Source: Camelus dromedarius (taxonomy: Eukaryota). Taken from it: a DNA stretch of 64,000 bases. The notes beneath the pieces were generated by a model. The model was given only the letters and a program-made list of their open reading frames with translations. It was not told where the DNA came from and did not search any database. Shown piece by piece: positions 39,915-52,989 of this stretch; the stretch's first letter is position 1, and every line of letters starts with the position of its first letter. The stretch covers positions 40,612,001-40,676,000 of the forward strand of contig NC_087436.1 of the NCBI RefSeq assembly GCF_036321535.1, read 5' to 3'. Both the position numbers and the translations under genes were made by a program.

Positions 39915-40180
39915 TAGGAGCTTGTAAGTCACAGCTATGTAGTAACAGCGAGGAAAGAGCTAAACAGACGGAAAAATCAACAGCTCTTCTTGGGTCTGTA
40001 AGAGAGGAGAGGACACACGGCATAGCACTGCTCTGGGGACTAGAGAGAATGATAAGGTAATACAGTGACTACCTGAGGAGATTTATGAGTGGAAACCCGG
40101 GAGGGAACAAGTGCCCGAGCAGACAGTCCTGAACTGTGACTGATGAAGTGCTGCGAGCTCTAGGAAGACACAGACCAGAC
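39915..40180 (+). mobile_element. L1MDa-like 5'UTR fragment
   Basis: gagcttgtaagtcac..gaaaaatcaacagctcttcttgggtctgt..cctgaactgtgactgatgaagtgctgcgagctc. Confidence 0.65.
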
Positions 40181-42539
40181 CGCTTCACCGTTACGTGGTG
40201 CCTTCATGCTTGGTGCCTGTCCTTGCCTTGAACTCTGCTCTGTCTGAAATTAATAGAGCTGGTCCTGCTTTCGTTTGAATAGTGTTACAAACAGCACTAG
40301 AATATGGCCAAGCAATGACATACGTTATCTAAGTTAACCTTTTAATATCCATCTATATTTAGGGGTATCAAAATAGTATCAAACCAAAATGTCATGCTTC
40401 GCTATCGTTCTGAGATATGGGTATTTGGTATGTATTTGTATTTAAAAATGAAGCAGTTGATGCAAATTCATTCAAATTCACATTGCACAGCAGCAGGCTC
40501 CCCAGTGTTCCTTTCACACTAAGTCCTATTTCATCATCATTATAACTGACAGTGTTAAACACGGCAGTACTGGCTTTTTGGAACGCATTTTACATTTCTA
40601 ATCCATTATTTACAATCCTAGAGAGAGCAAAATGATTTCTCTAAAAGCATACAGAGTTTATCAAAGTTTTAGCTGTTGAGGTTGTGAAAAGAAGTAAAGC
40701 AGAAGATAAGTTTAATGCTATTACAAACCTAAATTATAACTTGCCTTTCCAAATTGGAAGAATATTATATTTTTAAAAAACATGTTTTTAAAAGTAAACT
40801 GAATATTACTTTAAAATTTAATTAATGTAGGGAGCAACGGTATGCAATAAAGAAAATTAAGAATCTTTATTTATATCCAGCTCTGAAGTAGTCTCAGTCT
40901 TAAGATTTTTTTTTGACAAATCAATAATCTAAGAATATAACTGAAGTTTTCATATATATGTAACATAACATAGATTAAAAGAGTAGTAGTTTCCAAATCT
41001 AACCAACACGTTAATGATGACTTCTCTAAAGTAGCATTTGTAAAGTGAATGTAATGTTAATTAACTGAAATAAGTTTACATAGATATTTTTAAAATTCTA
41101 CCAGTCTTGTAAATAATTTCTGTCCAGGAAGACAGATGATGGAAAGATGAGATTTTAAAAACATGTTCATGTCCATGACTAGAGAACTCCCCTTCACCAC
41201 TGGCAATATTGACTGTGGATTATTTATTACAGTAAACAATAATATCAGAGTAGAAAGGGTAAAATTCTCTATTGGGGTATAGTACATAACCATTTGATAA
41301 GAGATTGATCATTGTTTTTTTTTTTTTTTTTTTTGAGGACAAAAACATATCATGGACATCAAAGGCACTGGAAAATTTTCAGGGCCTTATCATAAAATGA
41401 AAAATTTCTGAAATATTTAATTACAGTAATAGCACTTTATCTATCATGTTGAAATTTAAGAAATAAAGAGCTACCAAACAGTTATTTCTACATCTCTGTC
41501 TTAATAAATATCAAATCTCCATGATTTTTCTAGTGCCCTCTGGGAAATTTTAAGACATCTTAAGCATGAAAAATACCTGAGGTTTTTATTTTATTTCTTA
41601 TAAATTTAGGACTTGATTATGAGAAGGCAGAATCAAGAGTTGTCAAAGGGAAGCTGGGCATTTGTTTAAGACGGTATTATGGGTGCCTGAGAAGCAATAC
41701 TTGCCAACCTGTTTTGAAAAACCAAACCCTTTCTATTACTTTGCACATACAGTTTGTATTTTCTGTCAGTCTTGCTCCAACATAGCTTCAACATAGCCTC
41801 AAAAACCCATATTAATTTCAACTTTTAACTAAAGTGGCTAGCTTTTATTTCATAAAAAGTACAAGAAGTAAATAGTTGAGAACTTTCACACACAGACATT
41901 TAGCAGATGAACAAAGCTCATAAAATCATATAACACAATTTTCAGCAACAGCATACATCCTATTTATATCTTAAAATGGTAAAATAAATACATAAAATAA
42001 CCAAAAGATACAGCCACTCCGCAGCATTTTTTTTAAAAGAAGTAATGGTATATATACTTAAAATTTGGTTTAATTATCAATACTTCAGTATTCACTTTTA
42101 TATAGCTTTTCTTTGTTGAATCAAATCTATCAAATCTGATTTGTTCAAAGATTCACTTTAAATATATAAACTGAGATTCTTAAAAATTTTCTAAGAAGTC
42201 CATAGAAAAAATTTTAGTAATTTTAAAGTATCAGAAGTTTGGTTTTTTTGTTCTTTAAATTTGTGGGATGTTATGTTACTCAGGCAGTGAGTTATCAGTG
42301 TATCCCACTCAGAACTGAGCTCCCTTAATTTAAGAAACTTTATACTCTAATTTTTTAATGTTTTATAGGGTCAAGAAAGCATTTCACTCTAGGAACATGA
42401 GAGGTCAAGGCTTTTCTGAATTACAGACACACACTTGGAGGACTTGTAGCTTTACTTCTACAACTCTAGCCATGATCAAAAAAATTCCATAAGTTCAGAT
42501 ATTAAAGAGCTATTCTAGTGTGGATGATTTTTTTCCCTT

Positions 42540-44000
42540 TTACTTATTTTAATTGAAGTATAGTTGAGATACAATTTTATATAAGTTGCAGGTGTACAAT
42601 ACAGTGATTCACAATAAAGGTTATACGCCATTTATAGTTATATAAAATATTGACTACATTCACTGTGTTGTACAGTATATCCTTGTAGCTTCTTTTATAC
42701 ATAATGGTTTGGACTTCTAATCCATTACCCCTACATTGCTTCTCCCCACTGGTAACCACTAGCTTGTTCTCTGTATATGTGAGTCTGGTTCATTTTTGTT
42801 ATATTCACTAGTTTTTGTAGGTTTTGGATTCCACACAATAAGTGATATCACTCAGCATTTATCTTGCCCTGTCTGACTCATTTCACTTAGCATAATACCC
42901 CCCTAGTTCATCCATATTGTAGCACATGACAAAATTTATCTTTGTGACTGAGTACCATTCCACTGTATACACAGTCCCATCTTCTTTATCCATTCATCTG
43001 TTGAATGACACTTAAGTGCTTCCATATTTTGGCAACTGTAAATAATGCAGCTATGAACATTGGGGTGCATGTATCTTTTTGAATTAAAGTTCCCTCTGGA
43101 TGCACGCCCAGGAGTAGCATTGCTAGGTCATAAGGTAGTTCTATTTTTAGTTTTTTTGAGAAAGCTCCGTACTATTTTTCATAGTGGCTGCACCAGTTTA
43201 CATTCCCACCAACAGTGTACGAAAGCCCCTTTCTTCCACATCCTCACCAACATTTGTTATTTGTATTCTTTTTGGTGATAGTTTTGATTTGCATGATGAT
43301 TAGTGACGTTGAGCATCTTTTTGTGTACCTGTTGGTTATCTGCATGTTCTCTTTGGAAAAATATCTAGGTTCAGGTCTTCTCATTTTTTAATCAGGTTGG
43401 GTTTTGTTTGGTTGGTTTTTTGGATGTTGAGTTGTATGAGCCATTTATGTATGTTGGGGATTAACCCATTATCAGTCATCGTTTGCAAATATTTTCTCCC
43501 ATTCAGTAGGTTGTCCTTTCATTTTGTGAATGGTTTCCTTTGCTGAGCAAAAGCTTTTTAAGCTTAATTAGATCCCATTTGTTTATTTTTGCTTTGCTTT
43601 TCTTTGCTTTATGAGATAGATCCAAAAAAAACCCCATATTGGTATGATTTATGTCAAAGAGTGTTCAACCTATGTTTGTTTTCCTCTAGGAGTTTTATGG
43701 TGTCTAGTCTTACATTTAGGTCTTTAGTCCATTTTGCTTTTATTTTATATGGTGTTAGAGAATGTTCTAATTTCATTGTTTTACGGGTAGCTGCCCAGTT
43801 TTTCCAGCACCACTTATTGAAGTGACTATCTTTTCTCCATTGTATATTCTTGCTTCCTTTGTTGTAGATTAATTGACCATAATAAGTCATAATAAGTTTG
43901 TGGGCTTATTTCTGGGCTCTATTTTCTATTCCATTGATCATTGTGTCTGTTTTTGTGCCAGTATTATACAGCTTTGATTATTTTAGCTTTTATAACATAA
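42540..44000 (-). mobile_element. L1 3' fragment, 5'-truncated
   Basis: ttttaattgaagtatagttga start; [32 protein letters not shown] is ORF2. Confidence 0.92.
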
Positions 44001-45024
44001 CTGACTCTCACTAGTAGATAAGCAAAACAAATGAAAACAAAAACAAAAACAAAAAACTAATAAACCAGATTCTCTGTCATTTCTCACTCAGTAGAGAATA
44101 GAACCATCTGACAGAAATCACCAAAATCAGGCCACAGAAGCAATTTCCCAATTATTGTTGCCATGGTTCAGACAATGAAAAGTTAAGCTCAGCATGTCAT
44201 GAAAATCAATAATCTCTTTTTGCTTATTTCCAAGATTTGAGTCATTTTTGTTTGTCAGACTGAACTTGCCTTGAATTTTTAAGAATCTCATGTGAACTCC
44301 ACTTCAGCCCAGATGTATTCAAGCCTTAAATGCAACTTGAAGCATCTTTAAAATCTAGCATATTATTATGTGTCAACCATATTAACTATAATAATTATCT
44401 TTCCTTTATTTCCATTACATCTAAATGTATACACCCTAAGGAGTCAGACCTCTGATCTCATTATTTTCAATACTATTGACAAACACCTTACTTTGTACTT
44501 TCTATACCCAACCTAGAACCACAATTCAGCTCTTCAATCTCCTTTGTATCTTTAGCTTCAACTCCTTCAAATACTTAGCTTTTGCATATCCTTATAAATT
44601 TGTCTTATCTGCTTTTATTTCTTTGTTATATAAAAAATTGATAGTGTAAAACTCACCCAGGAAAGTCAGTGTCGTAACTATTAACCTTTGGCCGGATCAA
44701 ATATATCTGTTCTCCACTGTACTTGTTCTCTTGCCCTCTCAGCATGCTGATCGTCCCATTTGTTCAAATGAAAAATATATTTATTTGGCGTAAGACCACA
44801 GACTCATCATTCTACGTTCCTGAGGTCTCCAGTTAAAGGACACATGCTTTTCCTCCGTAGAGCTGTAGTGAAAGGGTTAGATCCTGACCATCTTTTGTTC
44901 ATTTTCCAATGGAATGTTTAGTAACTCTACTGCAAAAATCATGCATCTCCTATAAACTTAGATGAATCTAATACTATAATCTAGACATCAGTATCTAATA
45001 ACATGTATTTTAAACATTCCCAAG

Positions 45025-45250
45025 TAAATTCAGTAGACAGAAAGTAGATTAGTAGTTTCCAGGGGTTGGGGCAAGAATGTTTCCTGGAGGCAAAAACGGA
45101 GAGTTACTGTTAATGGGTACAGGGTATTTGGGGGGGGGTTGATATTTTTCTTTATCAGAGGGTAGTGATGGTTGTACAACTTTGTGAGTATACTAAAGCC
45201 TTTAGAACAGTGACTTTTATTGTATTGTGCCTTATACCTCCTTAAACAGG
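45025..45250 (+). mobile_element. L1MB-type 3' end fragment
   Basis: gacagaaagtagattagtagtttccaggggttgggg..gttactgttaatgggtacagggt..gatggttgtacaactttgtgagtatactaaa. Confidence 0.8.
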
Positions 45251-47158
45251 AGGGAAAAAACACAGTAGTCTCAGAATTTAATAATCTGTACCAATCTTGA
45301 TCTATATTGCAACTGTCAGCCAGATCAAATCTAACCTTAGTGCTATCTAGTAGAAAAATATTAAATAGAGAAAAGCAAATAAAGGAAAGTGAAGGTTACT
45401 TGCTTTCAATTTGTTAGGAAACCAGAAAATCTGTTTCAGTTGTCTGTAATGTAGACTCTGTGAATAAATGGCTAATTAGGAGAAGGCTTTGGTTGAGTTT
45501 TGCTGTCAAGTTCTTCTCACTCATCACTTGATGAGGCCTACATTTTCTTAGTTTTGCTCTGTATTTACCAAATTGTTGCCTTCAGGACACCAGAAATGAT
45601 ACGTAATATTTTGGCTGTTGTTCTAATATCTGCTCTTTCTCATTTTTTCCCAAGTCACTAAAGAACAAAATGAAATTCCCTTGTTCCCTTTCCCCTGCCA
45701 AAGTAGTATCTGTTCTCATAAGAAAGAAAAATAGTCAATAACTCAGGCCTTGATGAAGCAGAATGAAGATGAAAACAAAAGACTGGTGGAAGCCAAGCTA
45801 TGCCCAGGAATAAGAGGAAATAATTAAGGTCTACACCATTAGAATAAGCAGCCTTATCAATATTACTAATAAGTCTATGATTCTAGTAGGAAAAATCTGC
45901 AACAAACACTATGAATAAATCTAGATTCCAAATCATAACTTTCTTAAAACACCTGCATTTTATTATTTGTAAGCATATTAAACACTATTTGCTGGGTTTT
46001 TGGAAGATATGATTATGATTCAATTTTCATCAAAATAAAGTCTTCCCAAAAGTATGATGTTGACCTGCATTAAAACCCACCAAACTTTCTGCCCATTTGC
46101 AGATGTAAATGTAATTGCACCACCGCTAACCACTGAGACACACTGCAGGAATCGGACATTTCAAGGGTTCTTGCTGGCACAGGGTATTGTTACCAGGAAG
46201 AGGACTTGAAAAGCTGAAAGATGAGTCAGGAAGAAAGAGCAAAAGTACAAGAAGTAGTAAGGAATTGATCAAGTCACGGTCTTGAAATACGTGAACGCCT
46301 TTCCCTTTCCTTTCTAATTAACCATTCTTTCATTTGGAAAAAAAACAGAAGACATCTCTATGTCTGATTAAGTGTGAGTTATATATCCTGTAAAAACAAA
46401 AAAAAATTGTTTAAAGTCACTTTGAATTTGAAGAGTCAGTCCTCCCAGATGCTTATATTCTACATTCTATTCTATTTTAAAACTTAAAAATCTATAAATT
46501 TTACATTTAACTTTAAACAGCTTTTAAAGATGATAATTGAAGCATTTATTACTTATTATTAGGTAAGATGGTTTTAGTGCATATTGTGAAGTCACCGAAT
46601 TTAATTGCAGTATTATTAGTAATTATATTTATCTTCATTATCTGGATAATACTGTTATATGACACGTATGTGACTGGATAAATTTGTTACTATAATTTTT
46701 ATACAGAAATGAAAAAAATTTTGTTACATTCATATTACTATGATTTTAAAAAATATTTTGGAGATTCTGTACTATGTTTTAAGAATACAAATGAATAGAA
46801 TGATAAAGAGAAATTATACCCAGTAGCATTGCTGTACCAATCAAAATAATAACACTATAAATGTGACTTCTCAACCCTGTCAGATGATTCAAGCTTTTCT
46901 ATATAATCTTTAGGAAGGAAGGCAAAACACTGACAGACCAGTGTGTTTTGTATCGTGTTGCCGTATGTTGGTGAGCGGACTGTATCCCTGACAGGCAGTG
47001 TACTAGGCAAGGGCACAGGTTATCTGATTTAGCGCAGGGTATTTTTCAATTTTCTTATCTTTGAAAAAGACCCATGTACCCAGGCTCAGCACTTTCAGTG
47101 TGGCATATGCAGTGACATCATCTCGTCCTGTGGGTGTGGTTATTCATTGACATTTCTT

Positions 47159-47304
47159 TTTTTAATTTATCTTTTCTTTTTTAGTTGACGTATAGTCAGT
47201 TTACAATGTTGTGCCCATTTCTGGTGTACGGCATAGGGTCTCAGTCAGACATATACATACATATATTCCTTCTCATATTCTTTTTCATTTAGGTTACTAC
47301 AAGG
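47159..47304 (-). mobile_element. Very short L1 3' tail with 8-bp TSD
   Basis: T-rich tail plus gttgacgtatagtcagtttacaatgttgtg; catttctt at 47151-47158 and 47305-47312. Confidence 0.85.
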
Positions 47305-47364
47305 CATTTCTTAAAGATATCAAAATCTGTGCCCAAGATCCCACCCAGGGTGGGCAAATTGGCT

Positions 47365-47398
47365 CTACCTACCTACCTACCTACCTATCTATCTATCT
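47365..47398. repeat. (CTAC)n(CTAT)n tetranucleotide repeat
   Basis: ctacctacctacctacctacctatctatctatct. Confidence 0.85.
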
Positions 47399-49502
47399 CA
47401 GTTAATATCATTAACTTTAAATTTTGTTTTACTTGACATAGTAGGGCTATAATCTGTGCACTTACGAAATATTTCAAAGGGATTTGAGGTGGCATTTTAA
47501 AAAATATTCTCAAAAATTGACTAGTTGAGCATTTTAAAGTTATTTGTACTTTATAACTGAAACCCCAAAATAAGTTTCAGACGGACAATAGGACAATTTT
47601 CAAATTCTTCCTTAACTTATTTTAAATATATTTTATTGTAGAAAGGTTGCTTTTGGAAACTGTCAACAGAGTTGTAAGGAGACTGTCAGCTACAAGCTAG
47701 TGGTCTTTATTTGGTGTTTTAGCGTGTTTAAACTCAGCTGAGACTCTTGCATGATTTCTGCGTATTTTCATGTTTTCAGAACACTATAATATTCAGAGAA
47801 AGAATCATCCTCAAGCATCAGTGGACACTTATTCTAAGTTTTCTAAGTAAGAGAATAGTCCAAAAGTGGGCTTAGTCTACGGTGATGAGTGAAAAAACAA
47901 GAGGTGTACATTGACTTTAGTGACATGTAAATCATCGCAGATGCTTTTAGGAGCCATTTTAACCATAACAGATTTCAGACTTTAGTTTATGCTCTGTTTC
48001 CCATGCTGTTGTCAGCTTTTGTCTTTTGGACACTTGAACCTTTAATGTCTGTGTTTAAAAGCAGTCTTTAGACATCAGGTAGTGTGAACTGTGAATGTTA
48101 ATTTTTTTGAAAGGAAAGCAAATGCATTGTTTAGATTAAAAACATCTGTTTTTATTCAAAGTGTTAATAAAATAACACTTGTTACTATATATTTGATAAT
48201 TTATCTCTCAGGCTAGTTGTGTATGTGTGTATGTATATAAAATCAATTAATCTAAAACAATCAAGTAGAATCTGATGTGAAATAATTAATATTCTCATGT
48301 GATCAAAACAAATATTCAAAATATCAGACATAAGTCAGTCAAAGTTTTTGTGAATAATTTAGAATCATATAAAGTATTTTCAAAATAGCTCTTCTACACA
48401 CTGAAATGCTATGTTTCTCAGGGAGGAAATGATTTCTAGTATCCTCGGTGATGGCCAAGCTACAATCCATCCATTTCACTGAATAAACATGATTTTTCAC
48501 AATGTTAACATCTATTATTTTATTTGTTTATTTTTTTAATGCCAGTTACTTCCCACTTTTAATTCAGGCAAAAGACTTCTCTGAAGGGTTAGAAACACTG
48601 AAGGAAACAGTCCAAAGATGACGATTTAGAACTGTGGGTATTAAAAAGTATAACAAGTAAAAAAATCAATTAAAAAATTAAAAACATTTTAATAGTGTTT
48701 TTAAATGAAATTAGATAATTACTATAAGTCTTTCACTTTCATTTATTCACAAAATTATTCCATCCACCTTTATATCCATCAGTGAAAGATTGTTTCTGCT
48801 ACTTTTCAAAGATGTGCAAAATTTTTTTTCATTTAAATTTAGTCTTAATTTCATCGATGTTTAATGTCCCAAGACAGACTAGATAATGAAATCTCAATTG
48901 TGACTTGAAAGATCAAAAACAAAATTTGATACATTCTACAAGAATGGTATATTTACAGAAGATTTTCATAATAACTAAACACTTCCCTCTTACCCATTCT
49001 ACTTCTCAGCTATTGACAAATTTTATCTACAGTGTAAGATGGTAGCCAAATTATGCAACACCAATTTTTTCAAAAACAAAACACTAATATTTAAAAAAAT
49101 AAGAGGTATCAAATAGCAGGAGACTAACAAATGCAACATCATTGAAATTTACCAAGCACTAGTGTTAGACATACTGTTACTGAAAACTTTAAACAAACAA
49201 ACAAACAAAACCCTTGGATTTCCTAGTGTTTTTTACTTTTCAAATACTTCTCACAAGTACCATCTCATTAGAATACCACTGTATGCCAAGGTAGGTATGG
49301 AAATGATTATCTCTAATAGTTGAAAATCCAAGGAATATAACATTTAGAGCTATAATAGAAAAAAAAGGAAAGAAATAATCATGAAATGCTTCCAAGAGAA
49401 GCTTTTTAGGTCTCAAATCACATTTGTTGACTTTACTATTTCTCTCTTCTTGACAGCTTTGCTGACCAGGATAGTTCATTCATTTCCTGTCTCCCTATTG
49501 AA

Positions 49503-50650
49503 TATTCTCTTGGAGGGTATAGGATTTATGGTGTCTAAAGAGAATATACACTTCTAAAGTCGTGTTTGGGAGGGAGCTATGCAACAACCAGAAATATTGA
49601 GTCAGTTTTAGAATTAAAAAAGGATTATATTATGAGCATCATCATTAACACTACACAGATTTGAACTAAAGGAATCACTCTAACCAACGTGACTGACATA
49701 TTGGAATGCTGGGTGAAACTGACACACAGAAATAATCCTGAAGCTTTATAAAGAGTCTGATATCTGGTCATTGTCTTCAGTTATGGGCATAAAGTCCTAG
49801 AGAGCTACTGAGTCTTAATCGATGGCATAAAAATCATCCTCAGTAATGTGGTATCAAGTGCTCAGACATCATGTCTAGTTGCTACAGTTTTTTTCTGATA
49901 TATAAATACTCTTTGGTAATCATGACAACTGAAAATGTTTGCAGCATCACAGCAGAAATTCTAATTCCATCGTAGAGTCTCTTGATGGATCTCATCCATG
50001 GATTTTGTGCCAGAGACACTTGAATTTGATTGTTATGCTTAAGGCCTTTTGAAGACTGTGTCACCCTGCCATTCCCTTCTGTTGGGCAAGAGTGCAATGG
50101 TGAGCTGGTAGGTTATGTACTTCTTGCTTCCCACAATGTCTTAGTTCTGGGTTTCTGTTGGTTGTGTTGGGGAATGTGGTGTAGTTACTGGTTGATGGTC
50201 TTGCCTGTGTGTTGGCTTTGGAGGAGCAGAGTCTAGATGACGTTGGAGCATTGGTGTTTCCAGCTGGTTTAACCTCCAGTGATATGTTGTGTTATAAACT
50301 ACCCCTTGTGCTCAATATGGCAACAATATAGGCCACTGTTGGCCTTGACTGTGTTTTCTATGGTCAAAGACACATTCTCTTTTAAAAAGTATTCCTTTTC
50401 CCTATAAAGCCTTTGCTTCTCAAAAGTCACATGGGATCCATCAGTCCAGATAATTGTATCTGAGCATCAAGACACAGGACGTGCCCCCTTGGCTCCAGTG
50501 CATCGATGTGACCACTGTGTTAACCACTGAGTAGGTGCAGGGCAGCACTGCAGGCTGGACCACCACCCCATCCCCTTGTGGATAAGAAACTAGAATATCT
50601 GTCAGGAGTGGTGTGAGGTTTGAGACGACGACCTGAGGATGCATCATGAT
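49503..50650 (-). pseudogene. HAVCR1: Processed (retro)pseudogene of HAVCR1 / TIM-1 / KIM-1; CDS-equivalent 50647->49815 plus 3'UTR homology
   Basis: The minus strand reads MMHPQVVVSNLTPLLTD..VLPCTYS..VTSMHWSQG. After a +1 frameshift it reads CSDTIIWTDGSHVTF..NVSLTIENTVKANSGLYCCHIEHKG*F, then a Thr/Pro-rich stalk, HSCPTEGNGRVTQSSKGLKHNNQIQV, a TM-like GIRISAVMLQTFSVVMITKEYLY and a final ITEDDFYAID*. This is colinear with human TIM-1 as I recall it (MHPQVV..VTLPC..VSLTIEN..SGVYCCRVEHRGWFND..DGNDTVTESSDGLWNNNQ..IENSLYATD*). No introns lie between the domains. In-frame stops at 50467-69, 50299-301 and 49882-84. Confidence 0.92.
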
Positions 50651-50789
50651 GTCTGTGTTAAGAGGGAGTTTCCCAGCTTCTCATTTACAGCCTTTCCTTC
50701 TCATGGACTGTTTGTAAAAGAATCAATTTTTTAAAATTTATTACACATGATTCTCAACATTTCACAATTAAAATGATAGTCTCTGTCAA

Positions 50790-50965
50790 AATGTGTTCAA
50801 ATCCTGGCCTCATTATATATCATTTACATGATTTTATGTTTTTCCTTCTGTTAAAAATGAATAATGGTATTTTCTTGATAAGGATGTGAGAACAAACATG
50901 TTATTATATGTACAGAAGTGTAAAACGTTTGGGACACGTAAGTGTCAATTAGAATATAGCATTTA
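50790..50965 (+). mobile_element. MIR
   Basis: gttcaaatcctggcctc..ttccttctgttaaaaatgaataatggta..ggatgtgagaac..gggacacgtaagtgtcaat. Confidence 0.6.
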
Positions 50966-52714
50966 CAGCAGCAGCAACAGCATTAGTAGCAGTAGTTGTG
51001 TCTTCTTGACTTGCAGGTTTATCCTGTATCTTCTGTTGCATAACATGCAATGCTATTTCTTATGTGACAAAATGTGTCGTCATTTTGTTCTCTAACTATT
51101 TGATTATTATGCATTCTTACAGTGCTGCTAGTTATTTAATTTTCATGAAACTTCAGCTGTTTACACCTAGGAGCATTTTGAAAAAGGAATAAACTCCTTT
51201 ATACATATGCTTACATGAGTCATTAAATAATGTTATTGTTACAATTTCATATGCAAAATAACTGATTTTTTTCCTACAAAACTTCAATATAGAATTCTTT
51301 AGGTAAACACTAACATTTGACTGGGGAGTCATGAGTTGTATATTTAGGATTAAAGTTATTTTTATCATATTTTCTGATTCAGGAATAAATAAAAATACAT
51401 ACATGTTAAATTACCGTCATTATATTTGAAAGTGGTAGATGAAATAACCTCTTGGAAAAAGTTAAATTTGCACACATGGTAATATAATTTTCCAGCATCT
51501 ATATTCTGTCTATAAGGGATATTGTTAATTTTGTATATCTCTTACTTACTTCTTTTGATATGTCTTAATCATGAAAATATTTTAATTTCCATTTTTCCTG
51601 TATAAAAATTCTTCCAGCAACTGAAAATATTGGGAAATAAATGACAGAGTTCCAGAGTTCTAAAAGAGAATGCCTATAATTTTTCAGTATCATGTATTTG
51701 GAAACTATATTAAATTCTTATATAAAATCAAACTTCCTACATTTTACTAAAAATTAGTATTATGTTAAAGTTAATTTTAAAACATCAAGAAATGATTGAA
51801 ACAAAGCTGATGGAGTTGTCTATCCATCAACAGAACATTAGCAATTCCCCCTTATGTTCTAAAATCAAATTTGCTGTGTAGGAGTGATTGCATTTGAAAT
51901 TATTGGTATATTTGAATGCAACTACCAAACCATGAAGAATGAAGCTTCCATTTGCTGTAAAAATAGATTAGGAGGCAGTGCTTTGCTGGCAAAGTCATTT
52001 GGGCACCTCAGTTCATAACTATTCATGGCAGCATTAAGGGATGTCTATGTTCGTACTGTGAGCTGCCTTACACTGTTGTAGTCAGCATTACTTTACAGCA
52101 AAAGGGAACACAGGCACCTTGTTCCAGGATATCATAAAATGAACCCTGATATAGAAATCCTGTGGGAAATTGTACAGTAATTTTACCAACAAAAATAATC
52201 CTTGTCTTACGAAATCAGAATTCCCACTACATTTTGAGAGCTATTGAAAGTATTGCTTAACATTACCATTTCCCTGTTAATATCTTGAGAAAAACCACAA
52301 AAATATATAATTTAGTATAGAAAGTGAGACATTCTGTTGGAAAAAATGTTTTCACTTCTAAATTAAAAATAATATGAAGTAAAGATGAAACATGTTGTAT
52401 GCTGCTTGTTGACACTAAAAATATTTTTCTTAACAAAATCAGTTTCTCTGAGGTAACGACACAATACTGGTGATCAGAACACTGTAAGTAAGATAAGTTA
52501 TTTAAGGAAACAAATCAAAAGTAAAGTGACCTTTGTTAATCATCCCTGGGTATCAGATTCCTAAGAAACATTCAAGAAGTCACACGTAGACCTTCAGTGA
52601 AGCAGCCCTGTATGAGGACATGCCCACAGCTGTGCACCATGCCCGTAGGAAACAGCGTATATGTTAGAAATTTTTCAACTGTTTGAATTTAAGTGATTCA
52701 TTTAATTCCAAGAC

Positions 52715-52838
52715 AGATTCTTCACTGTGAAATGGGAATAATAGCAGCTACCTTGCACTGTGGTGAGGACTCAACTAGATAAGAACAAAACATATCTAGT
52801 TCAGTTTCCCGTATGTAGCATTTCTAAATATTGGTGAG
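52715..52838 (+). mobile_element. MIR fragment
   Basis: ctgtgaaatgggaataatagcagctaccttgcactgtggtgaggactcaactagataa. Confidence 0.7.
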
Positions 52839-52989
52839 TACATTTTCTGTAAAAGAGTCATGTGTGTTTCTCTTAACCTCTTTCCTGTAGTTGGTGCTCT
52901 TATGTACCAGGACATTTTGTTAAGTATTTTCATATTCAGGTTGGACTTATTCTGCTGTTTTTTAAGAAAAATTTTCAGCATAGTCCTCT

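Noticed and set aside
46103..46290. Purine-rich, coding-looking stretch after ttgcag (MSQEERAKVQEV|gtaagg)
   Set aside because: All frames are interrupted or short, the donor is weak, and I recognise no homology
49055..49245. Possible poly-A remnant or TSD for the HAVCR1 retrocopy (caatttttt at about 49062; T-rich tract at about 49228-49240)
   Set aside because: The match to the 5' flank is too short and not adjacent to a poly-T tract
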